Shown here: piece by piece, positions 1-12,535 of the stretch
Numbering within the stretch: the first letter of the stretch is position 1
Layout of the letters: every line of letters begins with the position of its first letter
From: Phoronis australis
Taxonomy: Eukaryota; Animalia; Phoronida
Direction of reading: 5' to 3'
DNA: 64,000 bases
NCBI GenBank assembly: GCA_002633005.1
Contig: NMRA01000060.1
Span: forward strand, 1,159,463 to 1,223,462
Notes under the pieces: generated by a model
What the model saw: only the letters and a program-made list of their open reading frames with translations
What the model was told of the DNA's origin: nothing
Databases searched by the model: none
Position numbers and translations under genes: made by a program

Positions 1-615
1 AACAGAAACAGAAATAAAGTAGTGTTTGATTTTACTTTATTTCTGTTTCTGTTGACAAAGGACGTTATTACATCCTGAAAATTTCAGTTGATCCATTCTT
101 GTTGTTTTATTTACCTATTTATATTCTACATTTTGTGAAACAATAGTATCCTTGGGAGGGTCTGGATCGCTTTATTTATTTTCAGATTTATTTTCTACGT
201 TATTTATAACCAGACTTAGAAATGTTTGCAATTTTCAGGGAAAGTTGCAAATTTCACTTCATTTCTACACCAAGGATGCCTCAATTTGTAGGATTCTAAG
301 CAAAATTCTGAAAACTTGTCACAAAATAGCTCCTGATTAGCAAGGAAATTTCTTTGTTTTTGTTTATCTGATCACCCATTTCTGAGGTATGATGTTCCAA
401 AGTTAACCAAATTTGGTCAGTTTAAAATTGCATTTTGTTGTTGCTCAACACAGCTTGCCACTATTTAGTATCAGGAAGACTGAATATCTCAATAGTGGCA
501 AGCCTTGTAGATCATCCAGGGCAGTGGAGAAACTTATCCTTGTACACACACAAACACACACTTACTCTCCAGGTGAGGCAATTGTTTATCTCTGACATTC
601 AAGCTGTTCAAAGGT

Positions 616-642
<27 letters not shown>
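616..642. repeat. (CA)n microsatellite
   Basis: Run of acacacac... visible directly. Confidence 0.9.
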
Positions 643-646
<4 letters not shown>

Positions 647-694
647 GCTCTGTTGGTGATTGAAAACAAACTGCAGCAAGCATAACAACAGCTA

Positions 695-924
695 CAGTAC
701 AAGCCAAAAGTATTTAGTCAAAATGACCTGGAATTTCTGTTATGACGGCTATTGGAAAGTGGAAGTGAAATTCGTCGCACAGTAGACTTCCTTCATGACG
801 TAGAATGAAGAGGAATCAGCAGGAAAGTGAATAAGGTAGCTTAGCCAATCACGTTTCCTGTTAACAGAATTAGCCATCGTGACGAGAAAACGATATTTTG
901 TCTGATTACTTTCGTCCTGTACTG
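695..924. mobile_element. MITE, Tc1/mariner-like (CAGT termini, TA TSD)
   Basis: ta|CAGTACAAGCCAAAAGTATTTAGTCAAAAT ... ATTTTGTCTGATTACTTTCGTCCTGTACTG|ta, imperfect ~30-bp TIRs; related copies at 13685, ~41900 and 43690. Confidence 0.75.
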
Positions 925-1180
925 TACTGGATGGATGAGAAATTTTTCAAGAAGAAATGCATTTCAAAAGTGCGTCTGACACCTGATATCCTTATGTGTG
1001 CAATTTTATAGTGTTTTGTCTAGTTGAAATAATTTTGCGTGGGTTGTAATCAAAGGCATCTGCCAAGATCTTTGTTGTGGTCCATCGGTGGGGTCCAACA
1101 GCGCCACCATTGTACAGTCAATATAATCTTACCTCACGGCCGAGAAGAGCGGGAGTGCTGAATACGGGAATTAGAAGTGG

Positions 1181-1340
1181 TGCAAACTACCCTAAAACAA
1201 GTTACCTCACCTCGATAAGGTGAGATAAGTTGCCACAAATGGGGTATGTTCCACTACCTTAGTTTAAATACCCTCCACACAGTCCCCAACCTAGTGACAA
1301 CTTGTTCCAGGAGTGACTTGTCCTAGGGTAAGTTTGTGTA
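1181..1340. mobile_element. Small TIR element remnant
   Basis: tgcaaactaccctaaaacaagttacctc pairs imperfectly with the reverse complement of gagtgacttgtcctagggtaagtttgtgta. Confidence 0.45.
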
Positions 1341-1539
1341 TGGACGGCACTGAGGAGACTGTGATAATCACTACATAACAAAGTGATTAAAGCTACTTTA
1401 AACCGATCACTATTAACTGTTGTGAAATTACTCATAAATGGTTAGGTCAAAATTGAGATGATTTCAAAGCATCGAAACAAGTGTCTGGTTCGTTACTGGT
1501 TAAGTTCACTTGTTAGGGTGTGTTATTTTGTGTGTCGAG

Positions 1540-3397
1540 CATGTTGTCGACGAACAACAAACTGTCAGCTCTTTGCAAATCCACAAATCCCTTCTCTTCT
1601 GTCAGTAAGGAATGATTTGAGACCAATGTTATAGTGGTAAGTGACCCGTTTAAATAAAAACTTTGCTTCTGGGTCGGAACACGTGTGGATTGCGGTCTCA
1701 ACGTTGGTGTCTTGGATTCTAAGAAAGCTTTTGATCCTGTTGATCACTATATAATTTTAAATAATTTTCGATTTATAGGATTGGCAAGGATTCACTAAAT
1801 TGGTTTAGATCGTATCTCTCCGAGAGTTGCCAGGTTGTATCCCTTGGTGGACGTCTGTCTGAATCCAGAGCTATCAAACACGCTGTTCCCCAGGGATCCG
1901 TCCTGGAACCTGTGCTGTTTCTGCTTTTTATTAACAATCTGTCTTTGGTTCTGTGATAAGGATAGCACAGTTGATATGTATGTAGACGATTACACTTTAT
2001 CTGCTGTGGCAAATTCACTAAACACTGTGAAGAACAGACTGCAATCTGATTTAGAAAAAGTTGTTACTTGGTGTGGGGATAACGTGGTAATAAATACGGA
2101 AACAACAAAATGTATGAATATTGTCTGAGAGCAAGTCATGTTAGAAGTGACCTTGATCTTATCTGGCTTTTTCGGGTGCTCACAGCGCTCAAACAGGTTG
2201 ACAGTGAAAAGTTATTAGGTGTCTCTGTTGACTAGACCCTTAGCTGGTTTAATTATATTAGTGGGACTGTGTTCAAAATTATACACTGTCTTCGTCTTCT
2301 CCAACGCATATCACCATTACTTCCCACAGAAGGGTGTCTGAAATATTTCAGCGCCTGTGTGTTTCCTCTCTTTATTTACTGTAGTACTGAGTGGTCAGGA
2401 TGCAATGCGAATTTGGTTTCCTGTGTCAGACTTATTCTGGTGTGTGTTTTGACAGTCCATCAATTCATGTGAAAAATATTTTGTATCTAAGCGTTGGTGT
2501 ATGCTGCATAAATGTTTTCACAATAATGTAACTGTTGATATGAGCGACCTCTACAGATCTCTCTATATATACCGGTATGTTACATAGTGTAAACACCTGT
2601 TAGTTGTAGTGTGAGCACCAGTTAGTGCGCATCAATAAAAGCAGTGCTAGTGATCCTGAAGATCGTTCTTTATTCACTCAACAGTAACAGATTATTTATC
2701 TCCAACTTATTACTCCTTCAAAACACACCCCGAATCAGGACCGGATTCTCTTCCTCAAACAATTTTGTTGTCCCCAGAAACAAAAGTTCGTTACACTCCA
2801 ATTCCTTTTTTTCAAACCGTTGGAGAATGGAACGGTTTACTAAATAGCCCGAAGGGGGCGGATGGTCATGGTGACTTCAGGCACAAACTCATCACTTACT
2901 TCCCCCGACATTAGAGAATCTCCTGTACTGTTTTTACTGTTTTATTCTACAACGATAAAGGGCGCACGTGGTGGTGAATCAAGTCCGTGAGATATGGACG
3001 CTACTGCTATACACTTAGTACATCAAGGTACGGTTCTTTGGTTTCAAAAGGGATCTTAACTTGGTATTTTTATCACTTAAATGGAACCCAGTGATATACG
3101 TAGTCTTGCTTGTGGATGTGGGTATTATGGTTGTCTGTCACTTCCTTTAATGTCCTGTTTAGAATTCATTATGTATATCATATAGAAGTTTCATCTATTT
3201 TTTAATTCAGTTTGTAAATTTAATTTGTAACTTTAATTTAATTTAACTTAATGTAATCTAATTTAATTAATTTAATTTATTGCTGTAAGAGGATCAAGCT
3301 GTATATTAGCCTTTGGCTAACACATGTTTTAAACTGTATTGGATTTTATCCTTTTTTAATAAAATTTATTACTATTGTTATTATTATTATTATTATT
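1540..3397 (+). mobile_element. Degenerate 5'-truncated non-LTR retrotransposon (CR1/L2/Crack-like reverse transcriptase)
   Basis: Frameshifted RT motifs LDSKKAFDPVDH (1712), LNWFRSYLS, AVPQGSVLEPVLFLLFIN (1882), MYVDD (1976-1990, YADD equivalent); AATAAA followed by a (TAT)n tail at ~3358-3397. Start approximate. Confidence 0.85.
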
Positions 3398-6300
3398 AAC
3401 ACGGGTTTTTAGCCGCTTTAAAAATCATACCCAAGACAATAGCACTTTCGGCTACGGCATAAAGCCACGCTTCCCACCTGGGCCGATACCTGAATACAAA
3501 CAATACCTGAGATGGCAAATTTCCCGCCCGATTTGATGCCACCTTGGTCTCAAGAGAGAGTGCCTGTGTCCTAAACAGCTGATTTCTAGTCTCATGATAA
3601 ACAGAACACTTGAAAGCACAGTAGGAACACTGCTGTGACAGGTGGTGGTTTTCTCATTCCCTTTTTTGTATGTACAGTTAATTATGGGAAACGTTTTTTA
3701 TGATATTACATTGGAGATTACTGTTTAGAGGCTATGATATTTATGAATGGTGGCTTACTGTTTTTGTGTCGTTATTGATTTTTCATATTAAACATTCCAA
3801 GCTTTCGAAAAATGTATTATTTTGTGCAGAGTGGTAGAATGGTAGTTGTGAGTTGAAACTGAAATTTTGTAAAATTTCTCTGTGATGTCTTAAATCCCTT
3901 ATTTTGTAGTTTGTATTAGAAAGTTGCTGATATGCTGATGGTTCCCTGCATAGAAGAATGTAGTCTGGACAAACATGAAAAAGTGATTAGAATGCATTTA
4001 TGCTAATTAAAAAAGTGTAAAATGCAGTTGTTGCAGGCTTACACTAATTACTTAGTATTTTGGTTGGACTCCATTAAAGGTAATTTGAATTTCAACGTAA
4101 AATCATATATCACACTCTTAATTTTAATTTGTCAGTGAGTCTTACCTGTGACGTAATTATGTAAGGTCTCACTAATTTTGGACGCAGCATGGAGAGGGAG
4201 TTTTTTTCAAAGAAGACAGGCAGTAGCAAGTCAATGCTTAAGCAGTATGAAGTTTCATTCCATGGCTTGACATCAGAAAATTTTTTTGAATAGCTATGGG
4301 CATTCGCAACAAAATTAGCCTTTGAAAACTGAAAAACAATCAATTAGGGCAATTATCTTTGTACAAAATTGGTGTAATTTTGCCGTAGCTATAATTCGGC
4401 ATATTGCTCTTTAGTGTTGTGATCCAATCTAAAATTTAATTGAGAACCTACTGATTAAAACTCCCAGCTTGGGATTGTTTGTTAAAAATGTTTCTAGAAA
4501 CCGTTTTGTTACTTCAACTGGATGTCTCAAAACGTTCATGTTTCTAGAAACCATTCAGAAAAGCTTAAAATGCATCTCGGAGTGTTATTTCAAAAAAATT
4601 TGCGGGTGGCATGCCACGAATGCCCCCCGAATTTGCTTCACGCCTGTAGCACTCACGTTTGCGCCTTCAGCACTCTCAGTTTACTCCCTACTTGGGGATT
4701 CCAAAGAGAGAGGCTCTTCCTCTTTCACATTTTTCAAGTTGGAGGTAGCGCCTCGAATTTGACTAAGGAACAACTTAAGACATCGCAGGAAGTGTTGTAA
4801 ATCAAAAGTTGGTTTTTGTGTATAAGACGTGTTTATAACTGTTTTAAGCAAAACATGTTTAACATGTTTGAAAGTCTAGGTAGCACTGATAATTTGTCCA
4901 ACAAAAACTTTACCGCCCTTTTTGCGACAGATGTCGATGGGTTGCGAAACTGTATCAGAAAATGGCTACTATGACCTACTGTAGCATGGTTTTAAGGATT
5001 TCTATTGTCAGACCTGTTTTATTAAAAGCAACAAAATCTTAAGTAATGATGCCAGCTTATCAGAGCTCAACATTGATTTTGAGTCATGATTGTCTGCTAT
5101 GATTGGTTTGTCCTAAGTTTTGTGACTGCTTGATTCCTGATCAAATCTTGTCTAGTGTGGGTTGATCTTGACCGAGTTTGAGTTCGAGACTGTCATTTCT
5201 ACTGTACAGTGATTGATGAGACAATATCTGTTGAGTATCACTGAGTCATGAGGGCTCCCTGCTGCATGTTGCTAGTTCAGCTATATAGCGTTAACGCTCC
5301 ATTCACATGATGGCGTAGAGGTTGACTGTTCCGTAAGAACTATTCATGTGAGCATCCATCTGAAAAGTTTTTGCAGGCTTTTTGCCAGTCTCTGAACTTG
5401 CATTAATACGCACATTGGTTGGCTACTTGTTTTCATATGTAATTGTCATGAGATAAAAAGCTTTCTAGCTGTGTCCAGTTGCTGATTTGCTAATAAAAGT
5501 TATCTTTTCAGACCACAATGGAAAGAAGTCTTTGACTTTGGGCTATCTGTGTTTCCCAGTTGCTCTTTTATTTATTTCCATTTGTGTTGTATTATTTCTT
5601 GTATTTTCTGTGCTTGTGTGAGCTAAATAGATAATTTACAAATAAAATGGAAAATCCGTAGAACAAGAGAAACTTGACTACAGTTCATGTCTGAGATTAT
5701 TCCCAATCAGATATGGTGTCTCATGAATTTGATGCCAGATGAATGCTTTACAAATAGGACATTGTGAATCTACCAAGGTGGTCTAATGTGAAGACAAAGA
5801 CTCGATTAGTCCATGTTCATAACACCCACTTTGTCAGTGCACGTCACTTTGTACTTTTGACACCATGCAAGCATTGCAGAAAAACAACATTGTAATTCCT
5901 CACCTGCAGCATAGGTAATCTGACAGTATTACTTAGGATCCTATGTCATGCCAGCCTTGGCAAGTTGGGAAAATGACAATTTTGTAATTATTTTTGCGTG
6001 AAATAAGTGGAGAGTTGCCTTACACCACAAAAGTACATAACTGAATAGCGTAGCCATCTTTTTGTATGGCAGCCCTTGGGGAAGCTTAGTGAAATGCGAT
6101 ATGTTGGAGGATGAGCCAAGCTACATGGGATTTCGTGTCTGGCAGCTCATGCAATATTAATGTTCCAGCTCTCCAGGCAAAACAACCACAAACAGCTTTC
6201 ATTATGGAGATTTTAAGTGGTTTAAAAAGCACGCTTTATAATAAATTGTATGAAGTCTTTATATTTGACCCATCGGAAATGAAAGCTAGACTACTTTAGC

Positions 6301-7563
6301 TAGCAACAGGGGTGTCACTTTTAAATCCAACCTGTGTCAAGGTGGCATATGAATGTGAACTAGACATGTTTGACGTGGTAATGATGGTGATATGGCAAGT
6401 ACATCTTCAGAACTGTGACCCGCATAAATAGAGCAGGTTGCATTCTAATGTACCTGACAATAGAGGTCAGCTTATGCTGCTTGTGTTCCAGCCTTTGATG
6501 AAACGTCATCTGTTAAATGATTACTTGAGCTCGATGCCCGATATCCCTGATTTTGAAGCCAACAAAAAGGCTTGGTGCTTGTGAAGTGTTATTCACTGCA
6601 GTGTAAAGTTTCAGAAGGGTTTTCATTCCAAAAATGTCTGCTGCAAGCCAGAGATGTGGCCATTACACAATAGCTGTTTTATAAGGCTCAAATTTTTTCT
6701 CTGTATGTCGTGGAACTGTTTAGAGTAGCCAGGTTACTTATTTGCGGAGACCAAAATGGTTTTACTTGTAAGCCAACAACTGGTTACCCCATCGAGTGTA
6801 TGGTCACAGAACCACCCTGTTTTCATAATTATTGCTTTGCATGAATGAACTCACTGGTTATTTAGTAAATTCCGAATGATTCCATTTACGAGTATTCGGG
6901 TACAATTTGATGTCACTTTTAATTTGAGTAAAGTATGAATTACACCAATTTCATAGTATGGTGTCGTGAGATATCACCGACTTTAAGGACACAATATGAC
7001 GGACAAGTGAAATCGTATTTTCTCATTTCCTCAGCTTCTCATGTTCAAGTTTTCATCGGAAAATACTTTTGAAAAAATTTGAGAATTCACAACCATGTTA
7101 CAAGCCATTTAGCTCATATTTTTGTCTAATATTCTGCCGTAGTTTAACTGGAAAGTCAGTTTCTTTGGCGACGGAAATTTTTAGGTGCTGGGTCAGATTT
7201 CATCTGTACACAATGGTGGAGGTATTTGTGGTAGCTCTGTAAAATATTGAAAGTTCACGTTACTGGTTATGAACACATAACTTGCACTGATCTGCTTGAC
7301 CTGTGGGTCATGGAGTCAAGCATGGGGTTCTGACTGATTGTGTGGTGTGGGATAGCTTGACCAATTAAAATGAAATTTGAGGCTCTCTATAGGATATCCA
7401 AGTACCATGTCTCAAGAGCCCTCAAATATCTAGTAACTGAGATAGTCTAATCCTTGAAGCAGTGTAGTTGGTTAATTCTTTCTTGAACCTTGTAGGATGC
7501 TATGAGAGTTGTTTGTGCAAATGCACCTGAAGTCTCTGTGAAAGGAGTTTTTTCAACCAAAGA

Positions 7564-7672
7564 TTCTCAATAGTATGCGAGATATCCATCTAAATGCCTT
7601 TCATGAGTTTTCCAACCGGAAAGGAAGTTTCTCAGTAGTATACGAGATATCCATCTATATGCCTTTCATGAT
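7564..7672. repeat. ~65-bp tandem duplication
   Basis: ttctcaRtagtatRcgagatatccatctaWatgcctttcatga occurs twice. Confidence 0.8.
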
Positions 7673-7751
7673 TTCAATCAGTAAAGTTTCATGTATTTTC
7701 TTTGTATACAACTTCTGATCTCTCATCTTCTTTGAAAGCTACTAATCTTAA

Positions 7752-8245
7752 GGTTAACTAGGACCTTAATAAATGACCTCGAATCTAAGTCAAATAGTAA
7801 AAAACTATGCTTTGTCAGCCATTAAAAGTATATATTTTTTGAAAGGAGAAAGATTGATCAAATTTGTTCTAAAAATATGCTTCTTACTACTGTGTCTTTA
7901 TTATTGTCACATGACCACATTTTTAAAGTCATATTCATGTACAAGAAAGGTACATTCATAGCAGCCGAGTAAATGAAAAGTTCATATTATGTCTCAAAAA
8001 CGCTGTTAGGAATTTTTGAGACATAACATAATGAAGGTTATTTTTCTATGAAGGTACCTTTCTTATGCATGAAAATTTGACTTAAAACATGTCACGTGAC
8101 AAAAATAAAAACACAGTAAATAGAAGCATATTTTTAGACTCCTTGATCTCCTTCCAGAAAATATATACTTTTAATGGTTGACAAAGCATAGTTTTTCGAT
8201 ATTTGACTTAAGAGTTGAGGTCATTTATTAAGGTCCTCGTTAACC
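7752..8245. mobile_element. Foldback (near fully palindromic) non-autonomous DNA transposon with TTAA TSD, Kolobok-like
   Basis: ttaa|GGTTAACTAGGACCTTAATAAATGACCTC ... GAGGTCATTTATTAAGGTCCTCGTTAACC|ttaa; arms pair over ~240 bp to a centre near 8005. Confidence 0.85.
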
Positions 8246-8634
8246 TTAAGGGATTGTCTATACTTATCAACATTGCAGTGGCGTACTGTTAAAGAGTAAT
8301 TCCAATAAAGTGTGTTCTCCGTTCCTGATTTTCACTGGTATTCTTTGTAAATCTGTAAGTGTTGGCTAGACATTAAATCCATCACTCTGTGTGTCAACCC
8401 CCTTTTAAAAATGTCAGAAATTATGAGCAGTTGCTGGATGTTTTGGGATCTATTTGTATCGCAAAGCTTCGTTAGCATTTTCTGATAGCGTCATACCATT
8501 AATTCTGAGTGCTATTGTTTTACAGAACATGAATCGTGAACAACTATGGAAGAGTATCTGTGGTAGCCAATGTCATCATGTGAGTGAAATGAACACTCAG
8601 ATGATCGCTCACCTATAGCCAAGGCAACAGGTGG

Positions 8635-9429
8635 ATGTCTGCTATGAGTAGTTCTGGCACTGCTGAAAAGGAACAGTCTGACGATGGAGTTAAACTACAA
8701 AAGTCGGAACTTTTTATCCTCATTTCTGATGGCTGCCGAAGCAGCGGGCAGAGTCCAGAGATGTCAGTTGGCAGCATGGCGCCAGGGCAGGATTCTGGCT
8801 CTTCAGACATGAAACATCGACCAGAAGAATCCAGTGATAAATACAGGCAGCAAACATTGACAACCAGCGGCTGTGACATGGACAATGCAAGGTTACATTC
8901 TAAAAAGACTGATACCATTCCATTAACCAGTGATAATCCATTGACTTCTACGCCGCAACGTAGCCACACATCTCGGCCGTCTCCTGACTGTGATACACAA
9001 ACATTCTCACCTGAAGTTAAACGTAGACAGCTGGCACGTAGCCAAAGCTACAACACATTTAAGCAGCCCTTGCCGGCAGATAATCCTATTGCTGCGCCGT
9101 CACCCTTCCAAAATTTCATTCGTCGAAACTTAACACGCAGCAAGTCGGTGACCACAGATTTCCGCCAAGGGTCACCCAAGAATGATGGTGATCACCTCTT
9201 ACCCAATATCCTCGCCCGTCCACATGTTCAATGTCAGGCACTGTCTTCGTCGCTCGGCTCGTCGGGGTTCCGTGCTTTGCCCAAGAGTCGTACGTACACT
9301 GGTGCTGACCTGTCTCGAGAAGCCAGCTGCTCGCCTAAGCCCGTTGATAGTGACGATGTGTTCAGTCGTAGCGCTAGTGACACAAACCTGTCATTCAGAC
9401 CCGTAGAGTTTATAACTACTGTATGTAAG
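8635..9429 (+). CDS. MAST: MAST kinase coding exon 1 (Ser/Pro-rich disordered N-terminus)
   Basis: ATG 8635 preceded by in-frame stop 8602; exon probably starts at acceptor tttacag|8526; donor AAG|GTAAAG phase 0 matches next exon. No conserved motif, so less certain than the downstream exons. Confidence 0.7.
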
Positions 9430-9938
9430 GTAAAGTGTTCTTGGAGAAGGTTTTTATTTTTATATTGGAATCCTTTGTTTAATGCGAACAAATAATACAA
9501 ACAGAATAGGGTATTAGAGTTAGGAGGGGGATGAGAGTAAGGATACGCATGCATTTGTGAGGTGAGTTAACTATACTGCATATATGAAGCTAAGTGAAAT
9601 GTATTTATGGAATATTATTTTATGTATATTTACCTTTATATCATGCAGTTATGTATACGTTTATATAAGCAAATATTTCATAAAGGTGATAATCTTTGTT
9701 ATTCTTGTCCATGATTTTGCTCCTATTGATGTTTTGAAAGTTTGCATAGCCTCCTGTAGATTTAGACATTTTCATAATGGAGTAGAATTCTGGTTAGAAC
9801 ATGTGTGAAAGTTGTGGAATTCATATTGGTCATAGAGATGTTGGAATGTCAGCTTGGTACTGTACATCTAACAGTAGAGTAATGCTCTGGTGTTTTAAAT
9901 GTAGTTTGCTGATTTTTCCCAATTGTGTTTGAGAACTG

Positions 9939-9985
9939 TATGTATGTACGTTTGTATGTATGTATGTATGTATGTTTGTATGAGT
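9939..9985. repeat. (TATG)n microsatellite
   Basis: tatgtatgta... imperfect array. Confidence 0.8.
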
Positions 9986-10854
9986 ATGTGTCATGTGTCA
10001 AGTGAGGGTACTACACTCTGTCCTACGTGATGTAGCGCTGTGAAAGGGCCGCGTAACATGGCTTCTCACTGACTGATAGAACGAAGTAACATTCCGATAA
10101 TCCATTGGCTGGAAATTAATTTTCGGACATTCCAATTGATTGGATGAGAATTGCACAAGTACACTACTCCATCTACTGGGAAATATTTTTTGTGCCTTGC
10201 AGTTGTTGCTAAACCAAGAAGAGACTAAATCGATGCATTCCACACACTTTTGTGACTCACTCAAGAGAACATGGCGTGAAATACAAGTGCAAAACTACTA
10301 GTTCATTATATTTTTTGGGTTCATTACCAGACCATGTGTTTACGATAAACATCTGAATGGATGCATCATCCTTTCACAGCGCCACTCTCCTCCATAGATG
10401 GCGCTGTCAGAGGATAGTAAGGGCTACAGAGTGAGTAGAGTAGTGGTGTCTGCTTACATTGGGTGCAATAGCTTGTTGAATGTTCAATTGTCCAAGTGAC
10501 TGTGATGAATGTATACAGTAGCTTGATAATTTTGTAACTTGCCTGTTGTCTGAATGATCATAGTAACCAATAATTCAATCATGGTTTCTCAATGATCAAA
10601 TAACTAGCTTGCCAGTTGCTCTGTGAGAGCTTTACGTGTAATGTTAAGCATTACAAATTGGTTCATGGCTCTTGTATCTAATCAGAATTTCACTCGTTCA
10701 TATTTTCTCAGCATTTTTTTTGTTTCAAAAGTTCATTTCAATAAAAAACATATGTTTCATGGCCAACAGAATAAATACCAGTCGTAGTGAAATTACTTTA
10801 TTCGATTTTGCCAATAACCAATGTTATCATGGACGTTATTTTGTTATTTTGCAG

Positions 10855-10883
10855 CGGGACCTGAATACCCAGAGACGTGGGAG
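10855..10883 (+). CDS. MAST: MAST exon 2 (29 nt, RDLNTQRRG)
   Basis: ttttgcag| ... AG|GTAAGA, phase 0->2; resembles vertebrate MAST KELSLPRRG. Confidence 0.8.
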
Positions 10884-11893
10884 GTAAGACGTTGTCTCTT
10901 ATCTGGTGATCTAGCACATGGCACAAAAATTGTGGGGGTGTTCCCCCACTTAATGGCAATGCTTTCTGGAACAAGTATTTTTTGCTAAGACGGAATGTAG
11001 TGAGCAATAGGTTGGAGTGAGAAAATAATGGTGTTGATGCCTGCTTTACGTGAACTTTCTTTGTTGCCTGATGAGAGCAGAATTGTGCTGGCATTGCCTT
11101 TCTGAAGCTTGGAGTAATGTAAAAATATAATCTTGGCATGATTCCAATTGTCGCAAAGCATAGAAACGGAAACTTTGTTAGTAGAATGCTGATATGCACT
11201 ATTTTTATAGGGCTGCACCTTATACACTTGGCGTTTCGTTCATGGCAAGAAATTTTTTTTCTGTTCTTTATTTCATGTTTCTGAAGGTAGCACTATATCT
11301 GTAAAGGGGCTTTATATTTGTTGGGAATTTCTCACCAAAAATTAAACGTTTAGAGATTTTCAATTCATTGATAGAATGATCTGTGCTGTGCGGGTATAAG
11401 ATAACGGTATTTTATAAAATACCAAGCGTACCAGGATTTTCTGATAGTAAACCCCAAGCCATATATTCAGAAAATGGCATACTTTTTACTGTTAATACCC
11501 CGAATGTAACCCCAGATGCTTTTTGAACACAAGAGGCCTATAAATGGAAACTATACCCGTGACATCAACCTGAAAGAATGACTATGTGTTATGAGATTTT
11601 GTTGTAGCAATGGTACCATCGGTTAATTTTTTTGTAAATAAGTCGAAACAAAACGTGACCTGTTTGAGGAAATGACCGTATTTTGGTAGTGGGAAATTGA
11701 AGTTTTATTACAATTTAACCCGTTAGTTTTGTCCAGAGTTGAAAAAGTTTTATGAAAGTATAGCGCTTGGTCTATATGTAAACTCAGTGATAACATGTGT
11801 TTAGTGAAGATCGACAAGCTGTGCATAGTTCTGGGATTTTCCCTAATCCACTTCTCTTGTATTGTTAATTCTCTGTCATCATTTATTTTCTAG

Positions 11894-11970
11894 TCGTAGT
11901 CACATTCGGAAGTCTGTGATGAACACATCGCCTGTACTACCGCACAGAAGTCTTTCACCTCAAGCTATTG
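11894..11970 (+). CDS. MAST: MAST exon 3 (SRSHIRKSVMNTSPVLPHRSLSPQAI)
   Basis: tttctag| ... G|GTGAGT, phase 2->1; similar to MAST RTSNRKSL..SPTLPRPHSP. Confidence 0.88.
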
Positions 11971-12004
11971 GTGAGTAAGAGCTTATTGTCTCGCTCCACT
12001 CTTA

Positions 12005-12165
12005 ATATGAGACCGTACCTGTTGACATGAGACCGTAGTTGTTGATATGAGACCGTACCTGTTGATATGAGACCGTACGGTACCTGTTATGAGAACGTAC
12101 CTGTTGATACAAGACCATATCTGTTGATATGAGATTGTACCTGTTGATATGAGACTGTATCTGTT
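12005..12165. repeat. 20-bp minisatellite (atatgagaccgtacctgttg) x~8
   Basis: Head-to-tail copies with few substitutions and no spacers. Confidence 0.9.
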
Positions 12166-12185
12166 AAAGCTAACACCCAAGGTGT

Positions 12186-12535
12186 TTAAAGCTGCATTTT
12201 TCGCTGCTTATCTGGCTAAAAACAAAAATTGACTTAGGCCTTTTACCTTCATAAAATCAGTCTCGTACTTTTTCTTGCCGTGATAGAATTCTATTACCAG
12301 AAGATCATCAAAACCATCGGTGACTCAAGAAAACACTTTGGGGTTCATTGTGGTTGGATAATCCTAAAATTGTGATTTCAAAAATGACGTATGCACGCTT
12401 TGCCTGTGACTTGTATTGGTAATGGAAATAAAATCCTGTCATGGCAAGAAGTATTAGGAGACTGGTTTCATGGGAGTAAAAAGGCTTGATTTGATTTTCA
12501 CTTTAGTCAGCTAAACGAGACGAAATGCGGCTTAA
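12186..12535. mobile_element. TTAA-flanked MITE with long (~120-bp) imperfect TIRs
   Basis: ttaaagctgcatttttcg...aggccttttaccttcataaaatcagtctc...cttgccgtgatag pairs with ctgtcatggcaag...gagactggtttcatgggagtaaaaaggc...cgaaatgcggcttaa. Confidence 0.7.

Noticed and set aside
12005-12165. Regular 20-bp repeats resembling a CRISPR array
   Set aside because: Head-to-tail units with no unique spacers, in a eukaryotic intron with no cas genes: a minisatellite
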